From Podarcis vaucheri (Eukaryota), in assembly GCA_965113315.1 (NCBI GenBank), contig OZ220364.1: a stretch of 64,000 bases of DNA. One strand, given 5' to 3'. Below are positions 47,886 to 61,514 of this stretch, one piece after another. The translations under genes were made by a program, and so were the position numbers. The notes under the pieces were generated by a model. It did not search any database. It had not been told where the DNA came from and saw only the letters and a list, made by a program, of their open reading frames with translations. How positions within the stretch are numbered: the stretch's first letter is position 1; every line of letters starts with the position of its first letter.

Positions 47886-50164
47886 TGGGCATTTACAGAC
47901 CCTGCTGCCATGATCCCAATCATCCTTCCAGACACTGAATTTACCAGGTTTCCAAATGCCTCCACAGGGCCTGTATTTCAGTTTTGATATTCTACCTACC
48001 AGATCTTATATTTTAATGCCGGTTACAAGCTCACCTTTGTGCTACCCAAGTGGTGACAAGGACGGGGGTTGGTATCCTCATGCTAACCATATCTGCACGT
48101 GTTTATTCATTTGCAGTCTGTCAGGCTTTCAGCTGGTTATTTATGAACCTTTTAGATTTGCATATTTTCCTTTTCAGTGCAGCTAACGGGTTGGCTGCCC
48201 ACCCCCTCTTGCATGCAAGGTCCTGTTATGAAGGTGTATGCAGAGTAGGATTCCAGCCCCCACAGGAACAGAGGGGCTATTAACTGCTGCTCACAAACAG
48301 CAAATGGGCTGTCATAAAGCAAGCACAGGAAGGAAATTGCTTACAGAATCTCGTGCCAAAATGTTTCAGATCGAGTCTTTGAAAAAACATGCACATCCAC
48401 AAACACTAGGATGCCATCTTTGCCTGTAATTACTCTTTTACCATTGTCCTTGGGAGAGAACATCTGTTGCCTCTTTGCCAACTGTCTTCTCATAGCTCTT
48501 TATTCCCTCCCAAGTATCTTAGTTTGTGTTGCAGCAGCTGCTTTTGCTGCTAATAGCTGGACCAGTCATCCTAGGCTGAAGTCCTTTGCTCCCCAGGCTT
48601 GCTCCATTATCCACTGCAGTTCTTTATGCTTCAGAGTTATCTGTTTCATCAATACCAAGGATAGGAAGGAAGGCAGGAAGGGACAGGATCTCTTCATAGG
48701 CTTCATTTCACTAGGAGACAACCTGATTTATCTTGCAAATTAAGCCCTAATCACAGACAAGGAATGATGTGATGCCTGGAAATGTTATGAAGAACAGTTT
48801 TTCAACAACATGAAGTCTCTATGTCAGAGTCATCCTTGCCTCATCCAGAGTCATCCTTGCCTCAGGACTCACCTCTAGACCAAACATATGCTATGGGTCC
48901 CACTTCTACTAGAAGTGCCCATTTTAAGCAAACTATGGCCCAGTCATAGAACCTAACCTACCATCTTAAGGTTGCACTGTGAAATCCACATACTGAACTC
49001 TCAGAGATTTATGTATGTATATTTTTTTAAAATGGCAGCGGAGATGCAATCTGTGTTCAAAGCAGTGATCTTCCTAATGGCACCCATACAGGATGTAGTC
49101 CCACAAGATAACAAACATGTGCTTCTTTCAGAACATATCTATCTACACAGGAGCATCTCACACTCCTGACTGGGTGCTTTATCACCAGAATGGAAGTATG
49201 AAGTAGCAAAAGGCATAAGGCACAACATCCAAAGGTGCAAGCATTATAATTTCCATGTAGAACAATGCTGGAATGTCACATGTGCTGGATAGCCCTAGCC
49301 CCAGGCACCTATATGTACAGTGTAAAGTCGGCAGGGAAGGGGCATTCATATATGCAGCTGTCTGCATGAAGCTTCTACATGACCTGGAACCCAGCAAGAT
49401 CATACTGCTATACGCACAAAGGTGCCCCCTCTCTCTGTAGAAATTTGCATTGCCCTTCCAAAGGTCAGGGAGTCATGCCCCTCAAGACACTCCCATTCAC
49501 ATCCTTGCTCCCAGGTTGCCCTACATGGAAAGTGCAATGCCTAAATGGTGCCAAAGAAGAACCTTACACAGAGCAAAGCACATTTTTTCCTATCGGGAGA
49601 AAGGAAAAGCTGTGTACCATATATATATATATCTCACTCATTTGTCCAGATTGGAGGCATATAGCAAGTATATATATTGCCTGAGAAGTCTAGGTATCAA
49701 AACAAGGGTAACTATATTTTCACTGTTGGGATACATGTATATGAGTTGCTGGTGGAAACTTATAATTGCCAATTCTAAATCAAAAGGAAAATCTAGTTGT
49801 TTCAGGTGTGGTGGACTGAGCATCAAATGGTATTTGGTGGCAGATGGTATCAGACACTGAAGTGCTTAAAGGACCAAGTATTGCAGGCACAGAGGAGCCA
49901 TACTAGTAAAGGCACACTGAGGTTGATTGAGCATCTTGTCTGAATCTTAAATATTATTGCCCATGAAAACATTCTCAGTACACTTGCAGCAACAATATCA
50001 GAAGGCAGAATGATTGCTAAAATTCTCAACAAAACCCCCAAAAATGAGACATATCATCTGATAATTGGCAGCGGCAGCAGAATGCAGATGACAGGGGAAA
50101 TGGCAATAAACCATTGCACAGCAGAGAGTAAAGCCAATTCTGACTGCCTCTCTATTCCATGCAT

Positions 50165-50347
50165 CCATAATTGGAGGCCGAAATGCTTCTGAATACCAGT
50201 GGCTGGAAGCCACATGAGGAGAAAGTGCTCTTGTGCCTGGGTCCTGTTGGAAGGTTTCCCATAGGCACCTGGTTAGCCACCATGGTAACAGGATGCTGGG
50301 CTAGATGGGTCATTGGCCTGATCCAGTAGGCTCTTAAGTTTCTTATG
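50165..50347 (+). mobile_element. CR1 LINE 3' UTR
   Basis: atgcttctgaataccagt...aacaggatgctgggctagatgggtcattggcctgatccagtagggctcttaagtttcttatg, ending in the CR1 8-mer tail. Confidence 0.75.
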
Positions 50348-50412
50348 AGAAAGAGAGAGAGATCTCAGGGGAGATCCTCGCCTCCACACCATTCAGTGTG
50401 ACACCCATTCTT

Positions 50413-50441
50413 GGAAGGAAGGAAGGAAGGAAGGAAGGAAG
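50413..50441. repeat. (GGAA)n microsatellite
   Basis: Directly visible. Confidence 0.9.
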
Positions 50442-50784
50442 ATTGCATTGCTCTGGGAGGACCCCTAATAACAACGAATGAACTAGAAGAGGAGGGAATT
50501 AGGGATGCCATATTTCAAAAGGTAAAAAAAAAAGGACACCCTGAAAATTGTTGAGCTTTTTTTTTTTTTTTACAAAAGTACCAAAAACCCGCAATTTTTT
50601 ATTGACTTGCCTTAAATCCAGGACTAAGCACTGCCTTTCAGGAATCCAAATGTATGGCAGCTCTAGAATAGGTTGGCTACCAGTATAAGTAACAAATGAA
50701 ACCTGATAGCAGATTTTGCACTGCAGTCCACTCCCAAAAAAGCAGCAAGGGAAAGTAAGTTATTTGAAAAACCTTATTGGGTCA

Positions 50785-50870
50785 GTTGCCTTTACTGGGA
50801 CAACCAAATATCGCAGAATGTGCAAGCTGTTGAGTCCTTTAGAACTTCTAATCAGGCTAGATGTTAAATA
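50785..50870 (-). mobile_element. Old Penelope-like remnant with degraded hammerhead motif
   Basis: cctttactgggacaaccaaa...tgtgcaagctgttgagtcctttagaacttctaatcaggctagatg is antisense to the 12270-12345 type. Confidence 0.45.
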
Positions 50871-53800
50871 AAGCAAGGGTGGAGGAAAGGGGGGAAATGG
50901 CTGGTGGTGAAGTCGTAAGTCTGCATCTGGTAAGTGTCTTAAGACAGAATGTGGGAGAAGGCAGCAGACATTCAAATGAAGCTGTTTTAGGTGCCACACA
51001 GGTATCAAGTTGCAGCAAGGCCTACTGGGAATGGTTGATCCCCCATCTCTGGAATTACATGAACCAGCTGTTACCCAGGTCTGTCTCTGTCCTTAGGCAA
51101 AACACTCAGGTTTCTGGATAGGTGGAAAACAGGAATAAAGAGAAACTAGGCAGTCTTTTTATATTAACAAAGATTATAAGTTGCTTGAGTAGAGTCTGCT
51201 GTCTGCCTTTCAGCGAATATGTAATGTTTTTCTTTGGTTGCCAGGAATCCAAAAGGAAGGATAGGACAAAGACTTTCCAATGGATCCAGATTAACCATCA
51301 AATCAGTATCAAACATCTGAAACTATAAGAAATTCATTGGCAGGGGGAACACATTTCCATGGTGTTTTCATAACTTTGAAGGACTGAACCACAAAGAACC
51401 AATGTGGAAACCTAGGTTTTATGTGGAAGAAATAAACTGGTAAGAAACGAAATGAAACTTTATGCATTCAGTGGGCTCATATGCTGAAACATTCCATGGA
51501 CTGTATCACTTCAGGGTGCAAGCAGAAGGCTACATGCCTGAATCCCACCCCCATGTTATCAATATTACCATATTAGTAAATCAGGGCCAAGATGTGGTAG
51601 CATTGAAAGCACTTCACAAGAATCTAGTAGCAGGAAATCCATAGCACACCAGCAAAATTCTACCACAACTAGGAATCTATTGCATGTCTTAGATACATTA
51701 TGTATTATGTGGAGCACCTACAAAATTGATCAATGTGTGCGACTGACAAATGCGGTGGCAGAAGGACATAAAGTAGGTGCTGCATGTAACGCTAGCATTG
51801 TGACTATAATTGCAGTAGGAACACAAGAAGCTGCCTTACACCAACTGAGACCATGGCTCCACCAAGCTCAAGATCAGTGACACTGACCAGCAGGAGTCTT
51901 TGCAAACCCTACCAAGAAACACCAGTGATTGAACCTGAGATTTTATTTTCGGTTGTACCCAAAACATTCACTCTACTACTGAGCTGTGACCCTTTCCCAA
52001 TGGATGCCACGGATGTCTTTCAGGAATACTCAGGGTTGCTACTCAGGAGGAGCCACCACACTGTACCAATATCCTTTTCACCAGTTCCTCTGATGCACTG
52101 GTCTTCAACTGGGGGGACAGCAGCCTCCAGTGGGTCACAACAGGACTACTTCCACCTTGCAAATACACTGTGAAATATAACGAAATTGGCTCCCCAATTC
52201 ATGTTTGGGGTAAAAGAGTGTCCTGGATCTGAAGAAGTTGAAGATACCTGCTGTAATGGTCAGGGAGAGGTTGAATGCACACACACACATCAGCAGAGAA
52301 GCTGCCATGGCCACAGTGACAGCAATAAGCCCCTGCCTCTTCTCTATTCTGATAAATACTCTACCTACTTGGCTTGAGAAGCAGCAACAGCAGCCTCCCA
52401 GAACATCAAGAAAGCTGACCCATTTCCACCATTCATGGTCTGGCTTCATTCTGGGGACTGTTATTTGCAGGCAGCAAAGCAATGGATATACCCTCAAGCC
52501 ATAAATGGTGGGCTCTCAATGTGAGTCCATATTCTGCAGATAAGAGTGCTGAGAAAGAAGTAGCATGCCTATGCAAATATCACTGCACAGCAGGAAAGAT
52601 GGCTGTGGCAAAGATCATAATAGTCAAGCCTTACTGCCTCTCTTGCTTTGTAACCATCTTTGGCTTCGGAGCAGCGTGCATCTGAATTCAGCACTGTACC
52701 TTTCCATCTGGGATTGAATGAGCTTTGTTTGCATTAGGCTGATGTTTGTTTTCTCCCACAGAGCTCTCTGGTGGAGTTTTTGCTGCTTCTCTCGCAAGCG
52801 GCAGGCTTCTGCTTTTCTGTCCTCAATCAAGCATTTCATTCATACACTGAATATTCTATAAAGGGTCACAGGGAGCCTCGTAGCACACATAGATGGCACA
52901 GAAGGCCTGGGGTGACCATTCAAAAGAGATACAGCACATAAGTGAATAATAACGGAACTGCCTGACTAGTGGCGACAGAGGCACACAGCAGTACTTGCAG
53001 TTCGAAAAGGGAAAGGGGAAAAAACCAGACAACCTTATGCCCATCTGCAGACATCATGGCACCTTGACTCCTTTATGGACCAGTTTCAAGACTGACCTCA
53101 GCATCACATCACCCCACAGACCTCTTCCAGGTGACAGCCAAGACCCAGAGTATAATTCTCATTTGTGCCAAAGCTACCTTAAACGATTCAAAAGTGCTAA
53201 GGGGAAACCAGTGTAATCCACAGCTTCCCAAAGGGAGAGATGCAGGAGTTCTGAAAGCATTTAGGAATTCAGTCATTCGACACGCAATTCATTTCACTTC
53301 TTTGACTGCATATGAAAGCAGCAATACAAAAAGTAGTTTTCAAAAAGAAAAGTCAGCAATGTATTAAGGCTCAAAACTTATATTAATATAAAATTGATAA
53401 ATTAAAGGAGTCAGATGGAATCCCCCCTGCCCCCACCCCCAAAAAAGTAGTTCGTTTTTTTCTCAGTAGCAGTCACAGCCGAAAATCAATGACCTGTTTT
53501 CTATAAAGTTATGTTGAGGTTCTAGACTATTTTAGAGGTCAGTTGATAAGCTGGTCAGTCCATCAGTAAATACAATCAAGAGGAAAATGTAAGTTATTTC
53601 CAACAACTAAACAAAATAACTAAAATAATAATACTCAAATTATTGTCATGTGACAAAGTGTTTTACAGGGCAATCCTGTGAGGTGGGTTAGGTAAGTGAG
53701 AGAGTGGCTTACTCAGAACTACCCATTGCACAACAACAACTGAATGAGAATTATAGCTGCATCCACACAAAACACATCCCACCCACATTCCACTGCTGTA

Positions 53801-56529
53801 ATACTGGTGTGTGACCACAGTTCCAGCATCACTATATGGCATCCATGGATAGTGGCAGAGATCTCAGCACCCACAATTGATGCCTGCCCCGCCCCTTCCT
53901 TAATGTTTTCCCTTATAGGCAGCATTTGAACAAAGCACTAAGCACTATTTCCACTACAGCACCACTCTGGGAAATCAAAATGGCACCTCCCAGTGCCTGT
54001 TCAGAGTGCTACCCACTAATGTCATTGCATTTGGGGCATGTTGACAAAAAACAATCCATCACACTGAAACTGGCTCTATATGACAACTTGACCTGTATCA
54101 ATCATGTGGCTTACGGCCCACTGAAGAGACTGGTGCAGCTTAGGAAATTGCTTCTTTCATTGGCCTTGAAATCCTGTTCTCAAGCATCAGAACTCTTTTC
54201 TCGAAGGGACTGTGTTCCACAAGTGTTCTCAGCCCTAGCACCACCTCTGCTTTTTATTTTCTCTAGCCCCCTCTGACTTTTTGGTGCTGGAAAGACCGTT
54301 GCCTGCCATTTCTGGTTGTCTTGTCCATCTTGTATAAAAATGTATTCACTATTTTAATCTTAAAGCATTTTAATCCTGTAAGCATGATCAAAGCTGTGCC
54401 TGAAGGCATTTCTCCCCACCCCCACAAATCCTGACATTTAAATCTCATGTGACCCACATGATCAGTATAAATACTTCAGCCTTATATGTCTTGCTTCTCT
54501 CTCCTACCTTGATGTGGTCCAAGGTCTCACACAATCCCCAAAGCAGCTCCTGAGCCTTGTCTGTGCAGTTGGATGGCTCAGTGATTCCCAAGGCAGTGTC
54601 AGTATGATGTGATGGACATGGCCTCCTCTTGCTCAGACCATATTACTGCTTGCTGACTTTTCATTTGTTGTCTCCACTAAAATGAATAATCTTCTCTCTT
54701 ACACTCTGAGCTCATAAGGCTCTCTATCTGCGAGGGCCCAATGATATGTAGCATCATTTATTATTATTTATAAAAAATTTATAACACCCTTCATCCAAAG
54801 ATCATAGCGTGGTTTACAGTTTAAAAAGACAAAATACATAACATAACATAACATAACATAACAACAACAAACAATATCTTCCCATTTAATGGCCATTAAA
54901 CATGGGTAATGTTGTATGTATGTATGTATGTATGTATGTCAGTATATTTCATTCTCCCATTGCTGGATGTGTGATTGTTACATCACATGTCTGTGTTTAC
55001 TTTCCAGGCTTGGAAAGTATGAGAACAGAAGTCATTCCTATCTCTTCTGCTGTATTGTACTTTTGTACTTGCTCTCTCTCTTGAAGAAGAAGATGTGAGA
55101 GGACGCCATGATTGCTTTGTCCTGTATATATTGCTTAATAAATTACTTAGAATGCCACACCTCATCTCCACATCGTTTCTGCTATATTCTGCTTTTTGAG
55201 TGTGCGCATATCTGAGCAAATGTGTCACTGATGCGCACTGGGACTGAAGATTTATGAACGTCCTGAGCTGTGTTTCACAAGGAAGACGCCCGGAGAGGTT
55301 TGTCTCAGTCCGGGCACTGTGGGTGCCCACCAGGCATGTTCCAACAGTATATACACATACACACTAATGCCAAACTAATGCTACTACTGCTAATAATCCC
55401 CTATATTATTCTTTGTGATGAATGGGAGGTGCAACAGCTATATCCTTTCATGTCACTTTTGACCATTTCAAGGGTGCAGGCAATGGGAGAATGGAACTTA
55501 CAATGGGAGAATGGAACTTAGTGTGGACAGATGCAGGCAGTTGATGGTCAGTCAGCCCCAGGCCAGTTTGGGCAGCAGTCCAGAATCATGGGTTAGGTTT
55601 CAGTTAATGAGGGATTCAAGTTTGGCAGGATCCTGAATGGGTGCCCATTCTCGAAGGCTCTGGTATACCAAATAATCCCCCTTTCTCAAACTGTGGTGTG
55701 AATTCATCAACATGTTGTCCCCAGCTTCAGCAAACATGCCTTGGATCTCCTGATCTCCCAAGCATAAATGGTTGCTTCAGTATGAACTGCAGATCCTGTG
55801 ACTAATGCAAGTCTTGGTGCTATGTTTTGTATCAACAACTCCAAGAAGGAGGTTTTGCAGCTGGGCTGATAGAGAAATGCTTTATGTATCTGGGTTGGCC
55901 TCCTTGTTTTTCAGGTGGGTTACAGTAGACTCTGTGTATTAGAAATGGCAGCAGTGCTTTCTCCTATAAAACTGTATGAAAGCCCTCCACTGTTCCTGCA
56001 GATTTAATTTTCCCACTCAGAGGCCACGGAGAAACAAGCACATGGAAACTTTTAATTAAACAGTGGGATGGGTTCCATTCTGATAGAGTGGAGTAGTGTG
56101 TTGGGTTGTTTGAGAAGCTGAGGATATACATGGCGGAAAGGAGCGGTTACCTGCAAACCTGGAATTTCTGATTTAACGATGAGCCACACTCTTTCCGCCA
56201 AGCAAAAAGACAAGACAAATGGTGTAAACCACTGGGAAACTACCTTTTGCAAACTTATGCAGTTCTCATTCATTTCAATAGGGTTAACACAAGAAAACGT
56301 CCTTTTGGAGCCCCAAAGTCTTAATAGCAATAAAAGCATCCATCTGGAGAAATAACGGTGTAAAAAACCATTAATCAGAGACAAGGTTAACTGAGGGCTT
56401 TGCAATGCAACAAGCTGAAATAGCAACAATGTTATTAATGGCAATGCATAAGTTTTATGTAGTGCTTTTGAGTTCAAAGCGCTTCATATAACACTGTCTT
56501 CTAGCAGTCCTTCAAAACAAAAATTATTG

Positions 56530-56554
56530 GGGAGGGATCATAGCCCATGCTTTG

Positions 56555-56599
<45 letters not shown>

Positions 56600-57000
56600 T
56601 TATTTATACCCTGCCCATCTGGCTGGGTTTCCCCAGCCACTCTGGGCGGCTTCCAACAAAACCCTAAAATACAATAACATATTAAACATTAAAAGCTTCC
56701 CTAAACAGGGCTGCCTTCAGATGTCTTCTAAAAGTTTGGTAGTTATTTTTCTCTTTGACATCTGGCGGGAGGGCGTTCCACAGGGTGGGTGCAACTACCA
56801 AGAAGGCCCTCTGCCTGGTTCCCTGTAAATTGGCTTCTCGCAGCAAGGGAACCGCCAGATGGCCCTCGCCGCTGGACCTCAGTGTCCGGGCAGAAGGTCC
56901 CAGGTTCAATCCCTTTCATCCTCCACTTAGAAGGATCAGAGGTAGCTGATGATGCAGAAGACTTCTGCCTAAACCCCTGGAGAACTGCTACTATCCAGAA
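56530..57000 (+). mobile_element. tRNA-Ala-derived SINE split by the L2 insertion
   Basis: Removing the L2 rejoins gctttgtat|gcagaaggtcccaggttcaatccc, the head of the same SINE family seen at 13425-13611. Confidence 0.7.
56558..56895 (-). mobile_element. L2 LINE 3' end, young, with (TTA)n tail
   Basis: Open frame RTLRSSGEGHLAVP...RAFLVVAPTLWNALP...FRRHLKAALFREAF, with (AAT)n at 56558-56599. Confidence 0.93.
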
Positions 57001-57014
57001 TAGGACCTTTGTCC

Positions 57015-57166
57015 TAAGTCGAGCGCTTTCCCAGTCTACATCTGTACTGGAATTGTTTTAAAGATGTTTTCATTGTTTTATCATTTGTTGTTTGCTGTCC
57101 TGGGCTCCTTTGGGAGGAAGGAAAGGATCTAAATTTAATAAACAACAACAACAACAAATAATAATA
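57015..57166 (+). mobile_element. L2 3' UTR fragment (different subfamily)
   Basis: ttgctgtcctgggctcctttgggaggaaggaaaggatctaaatttaataaacaacaac. Confidence 0.55.
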
Positions 57167-57539
57167 TTCACCTGTCCCTGCTGGCTACAGTAATTCATCA
57201 TGTTATTTACAACAGGTGAATGGATGTTTTAACTCATCTTGACAGCTGTTACTCCCAAGAGTGGGATCAACAACCTTTGATTGGGTTGTATAAGCTATAG
57301 AGAAGAATGAAAGATATTCATCTTTTTGATTTCTAGCCTTAGAAGTAGATTTCTGTTGTATTTTGATGCAACTTGGATTCTGGGGATATTGTAGGTATAG
57401 CTGTGGAACAAAATGTCCATACACAATTCTGAAGAGTTGGGAGAATAAATGCTTGACGATTTTTACGTTTGCATATAATACACTGTACATTAGGCCTAAC
57501 ATTTACACTACTGAGCTTTGATTGAGACGACAGTGTTAA

Positions 57540-57624
57540 GGCTGCAATCCTATGCAAACTTACCTTGGAGTAACCCTTGTTGAATGTGGTGGGATTTCTA
57601 AGTAAACTCGCATAGAGTTGCACC
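57540..57624. mobile_element. Short palindromic MITE (GGCTGCAATCC family)
   Basis: ggctgcaatcctatgc...gcatagagttgcacc inverted ends. Related copies lie near 19408-19480, 45021-45106 and 45350-45430. Confidence 0.55.
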
Positions 57625-60600
57625 ATGATAGAAATAAAAGAGAAAGGAAGATTTTGGTAGTCATGGCTGGGGGTGGGGGGCAATGTAGAAACCATACCAG
57701 GGTGAACACAAGCAGGCAATGCATTCAGATAGATGACAAGCATAGTAATATGCATTAATGTTCCCATAGGTATTAATAATGGCTTTTAGAAATATAGAAA
57801 AGGAGGGGAAATAGCAAGACAGAAAGTGGTTCCATCAATAAATAAAGAGTAGATTATATGAATGACGACTCTAAAATGACTGAACTCCTGAAGCTCATTT
57901 AAATAAATCTCTTAGTAACTGAGCAAAATAAGGGGGGAAGATGTAAGGACTCAGGAAACTGGGCTGCCTCAGTGTATGACATACTACTCACAGTACAGAC
58001 AGCACGGGGACTCAGAATGGCTCTCATCCTGGCAGAGAAATAAGTTGTCTCTTTAAGATTGCTTTACTTTTAAAATTTGGCTGGAATTGTCCATGTTCCT
58101 ATATGAATGTAGACCTTCACTAATTTTTGGATATTCACTGACCATCTGCAAAACAACTGGAGAGAACTGCCCCTATTCAGTTGCAAGCCCACAGCTTGCA
58201 GGGAGCCTGTGCCCAATTGACAAGGCCCATGTGTGAACTTGTTCTGTTTTTAAAAGCTCCTGTGTGGTGACTGCAGTAGTAGCATCAGGTGAAAACTTGG
58301 GGTTAGGCCCTCTTCCAGCTGTCCTGGACTACAGCTCCCCATCGTTTTTGCCCATGAGCCATGTGGCTGGGGAAGATGAGGAACTGTAATCCAAAATTTC
58401 TGGAGGGCACCAGATTAGGAAAGATTGTCTTAGAAAATGCTCAGGTTCTGAACTCTTTGTGTACCTGTGTGTAGTCTGGGGTGACCCTTTCTAAGGTGGC
58501 TTGCAACGTAACAAAACAACTAGGGGACTGGAGAAGTCATTTTTTTTAATCAATGGATGTGGAGAACTTAAGTCTAAACTTAGTTGGATATCCACCCCTG
58601 TACAACAAGGGCCCCACAGCTTGTCTTTGGCTAAGCCTGATATTTGGACACAGGTCTCTCAAACTCATGACCAGTGTACTGCTCACAAAACCCCCCTCTT
58701 TCTGGAAACACAGCAATGGAGCATGGGCCTGTGATTGCCACTTGGCAAATCAATTACAAACAAGTGTCTTAGAGAAGTAGCTCAAGAGTTTCTTTCATGT
58801 CTTACCGTCTAGTCAGTTCTAGGTTGATATCAAGCAAGGTACATTGGCAGGACAACTGCCTAGCCAGTGTACAGGTAAAGCATTTGAATGGCAGAGAATA
58901 GGGGGTAGGGAGGTTGTCACCCTCTAGGTATCACTGGACTCCCAACTCCCATCAGCCCCAGTCAGCATGGACAAGGGCGAGGGATAACTGGAGTTGTTGT
59001 AGTCCACAGACATCTAATGCCCCTCAGATTCTTCAACCCATGTTTTAAGAAGGAGTCAAGTGCCTATGATGGCCTAGTTAACAAACACGGCCTGATTTTG
59101 GAAGGTATGCATTTTCTAACCAATCAGAGATTCAGAAGTTTCAGTAAGGAGGACATGACCACAAAGCTATGCAATGTGGAGGTGTTACAAATGTCTGGCT
59201 GCCATCATCTCCATTGGAGAGCCAAGGGTATGACTGCCGCAAGTATTCCTCTTCCTGTCATTGCTGCTCTTGAAAAAGGCAAATGCTGGCTGTTCTGGGC
59301 CTTAAAATGCCAAGACTAAGAAAATCACAGCTTGTTCATTTGCTTGGTGACGCCTGGAACTATCATCCTCCCAGAGCATGGAAATTTAGAAAGTGTCAAG
59401 AAAATCCCTTGCCTACGTCAAAACAAGTCCTACCCATTTGGGCATCGCTAAGGGGTGGCGGCAATACATGGCTCTCTGTGCGACAGAAGAATCTTTGAAT
59501 TATGAACTGGCAGAACAGTCAGCAAAGGAACTTCTTTCCCCATCACTGAATTAAAGCATTCAGCTATTTTCAGCAGCTTACACTTCTCACGAATAGGTTG
59601 AGCCAAGGAAAGCCAATGCTAATCGGCCGAGAGAACTGCAAATGTTTTGAAATGCTATGTGGATTAGGAGGAAAAGTCCAGATTTGGGGGGGCAGACATG
59701 AATTATTGTGTGTAGATACAAATAAATATTTTTTCCCCAGCTCAGCTTCTGGCTCCCGTCCAGTACACTGCAAATTCATTTTCTTTAAAAAAAAGAAAAA
59801 GAAAAATGAATAGCCTAGTGTGTTAACAAGTGCCTGATGAATGAGGAGAAACTGCCCTAAGGGGGTAGCCTTGAAAAATTGAACCTTCAATGGGTGCTGG
59901 TCTGTTCAAAATAGGCTGCATATATACATTCTCTGATTCACACTAAGGCTTTCTTATGGCACTTCGTTAATGGAAGGGGTAGTTTTTTAGTAATCTGCCT
60001 TCATTCTACACCCTGAATTTCTACCCAAAGGATTCATATTTTGCAGGCTCTTTCCTAGCTTTCTTCCCCTTGGTTTTACCAGGAAATCATGATGAAACAT
60101 ACACACACGAACATAATATTTAAAGGCCAATAGGAATGAATTTCTTCTCAGATTTTATTTGCATTAACTGGTGACCGTGGGAGTAGGAATGAGAAATTTC
60201 ACTCATCTCCTCAAAACTTTTGAAATTCCCCATGTCATCAAATTCACTTCATTTCCCACTGTGGTCAAAATCTAGACACAACTAAAGGATTTGAGAAATT
60301 TGCTACTCATAGTGAAATATGGCTGTTGCAACACTTAGTGGAACTTTTTTCAGTTCCACTCAAGATCATGGTAATGTTTCGCCCGAAGAAAAGGCTCCAG
60401 ATTTGTCTTCGGACGAGACAACTTTGGGATGTGCAAGATGGCCATGAGAAATTTGGGTCATTTCAGTGGTAAACTTTTGGCTTTCCTTAATATTTCTCAG
60501 ATGGTTCACCTGAGAAGTAAGTACCAAACTTGCATTGAGTTATACTTTAGCTAAATTTCAGTGACAACTCTTATGTTAAGGATTTTGCCTTTTTCTTTAG

Positions 60601-60744
60601 AATATGACACTGCTGGCTTGCTTTGCATGTATAATTTTCTGCACATATACCTCATCTTTAATACAGTGAGCACCCTTCAACTCAGAGCTTACAGCAAACT
60701 GCAACCTGAACAAAATAGATTAATCTGTAATATTTATTACTTTT

Positions 60745-60922
60745 TTAATCTCACCCTTCTTCTAAAGAGCTCAAAGTAGCACTTCATCCCCACAAAAACC
60801 TTGAGAGGAAGGTTAAGCTGAGAGATTGTGCCTGATCCAAGGTCACCTGAGAGCTTCACGATTGAGGAAGGATGCAGACCTGGGGTTTTCCTCATCCTAA
60901 CTCCTAAATTGCACTGCCTCAC
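60745..60922 (-). mobile_element. CORE-type (Squam3/MIR-like) SINE
   Basis: catccccacaaaaaccttgagaggaaggttaagctgagagattgtgcctgatccaaggtcacctgagagcttcacg. Confidence 0.65.
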
Positions 60923-60924
60923 TA

Positions 60925-61146
60925 CTGTCATACCACCGCAAACGTCCACCCCCTCAATCGTCCATTTTGGTAGACATCCACGGCAAACCCAGAAGTACCG
61001 GAACGGGTTACTTCCAGGTTTGCAGCTTCGCACATGTGTGAAAACTGCTCCACGTGTACGCGCAGAGTGACGCTCTATCAAGTGTCTCTTTCGTCAAGCG
61101 TCCGGGGCTCCGGAATGGATCCTGAACGCTCAACGAGGTACCACTG
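60925..61146. mobile_element. Tigger/pogo-like MITE (left TIR degenerate)
   Basis: Right end cgaggtaccactg|TA and left end TA|ctgtcatacc, with a CpG-rich body. Confidence 0.65.
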
Positions 61147-61273
61147 TATTTATTTCATAGGGCTATTGGTGACACAACATCCTGTCTTGCTGTGGTGTGC
61201 AATGGATGGCCTAAAAATACTTCCAGAACCTAGAAAAGGAACACCTTACTCATGAATACCAGTCTTAGCAATA

Positions 61274-61514
61274 CAGTGGTACCTTGGTTTATGAACTTAA
61301 TCCATTCCGGAAGTCCGTTCTTAAACCGAAACCATTCTTAAACTGAGGCACACTTTCCCTAATGAGGCCTCCTGCCGCTGGTGCCCTTCCACTGTTCGGA
61401 TTCCATTCTTAGACCGAAGTAAAGTTCCCAAACCAGGACACTATTTCCAGTTCTCCAGAGTTTGTAAACCAAATCGTTCTTAAACCTGACTTTTCTTAAA
61501 CCGAGGTACCACTG
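61274..61514. mobile_element. Tigger/pogo-like MITE (third subfamily)
   Basis: TA|cagtggtaccttggttta...taaaccgaggtaccactg|TA. Confidence 0.9.
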
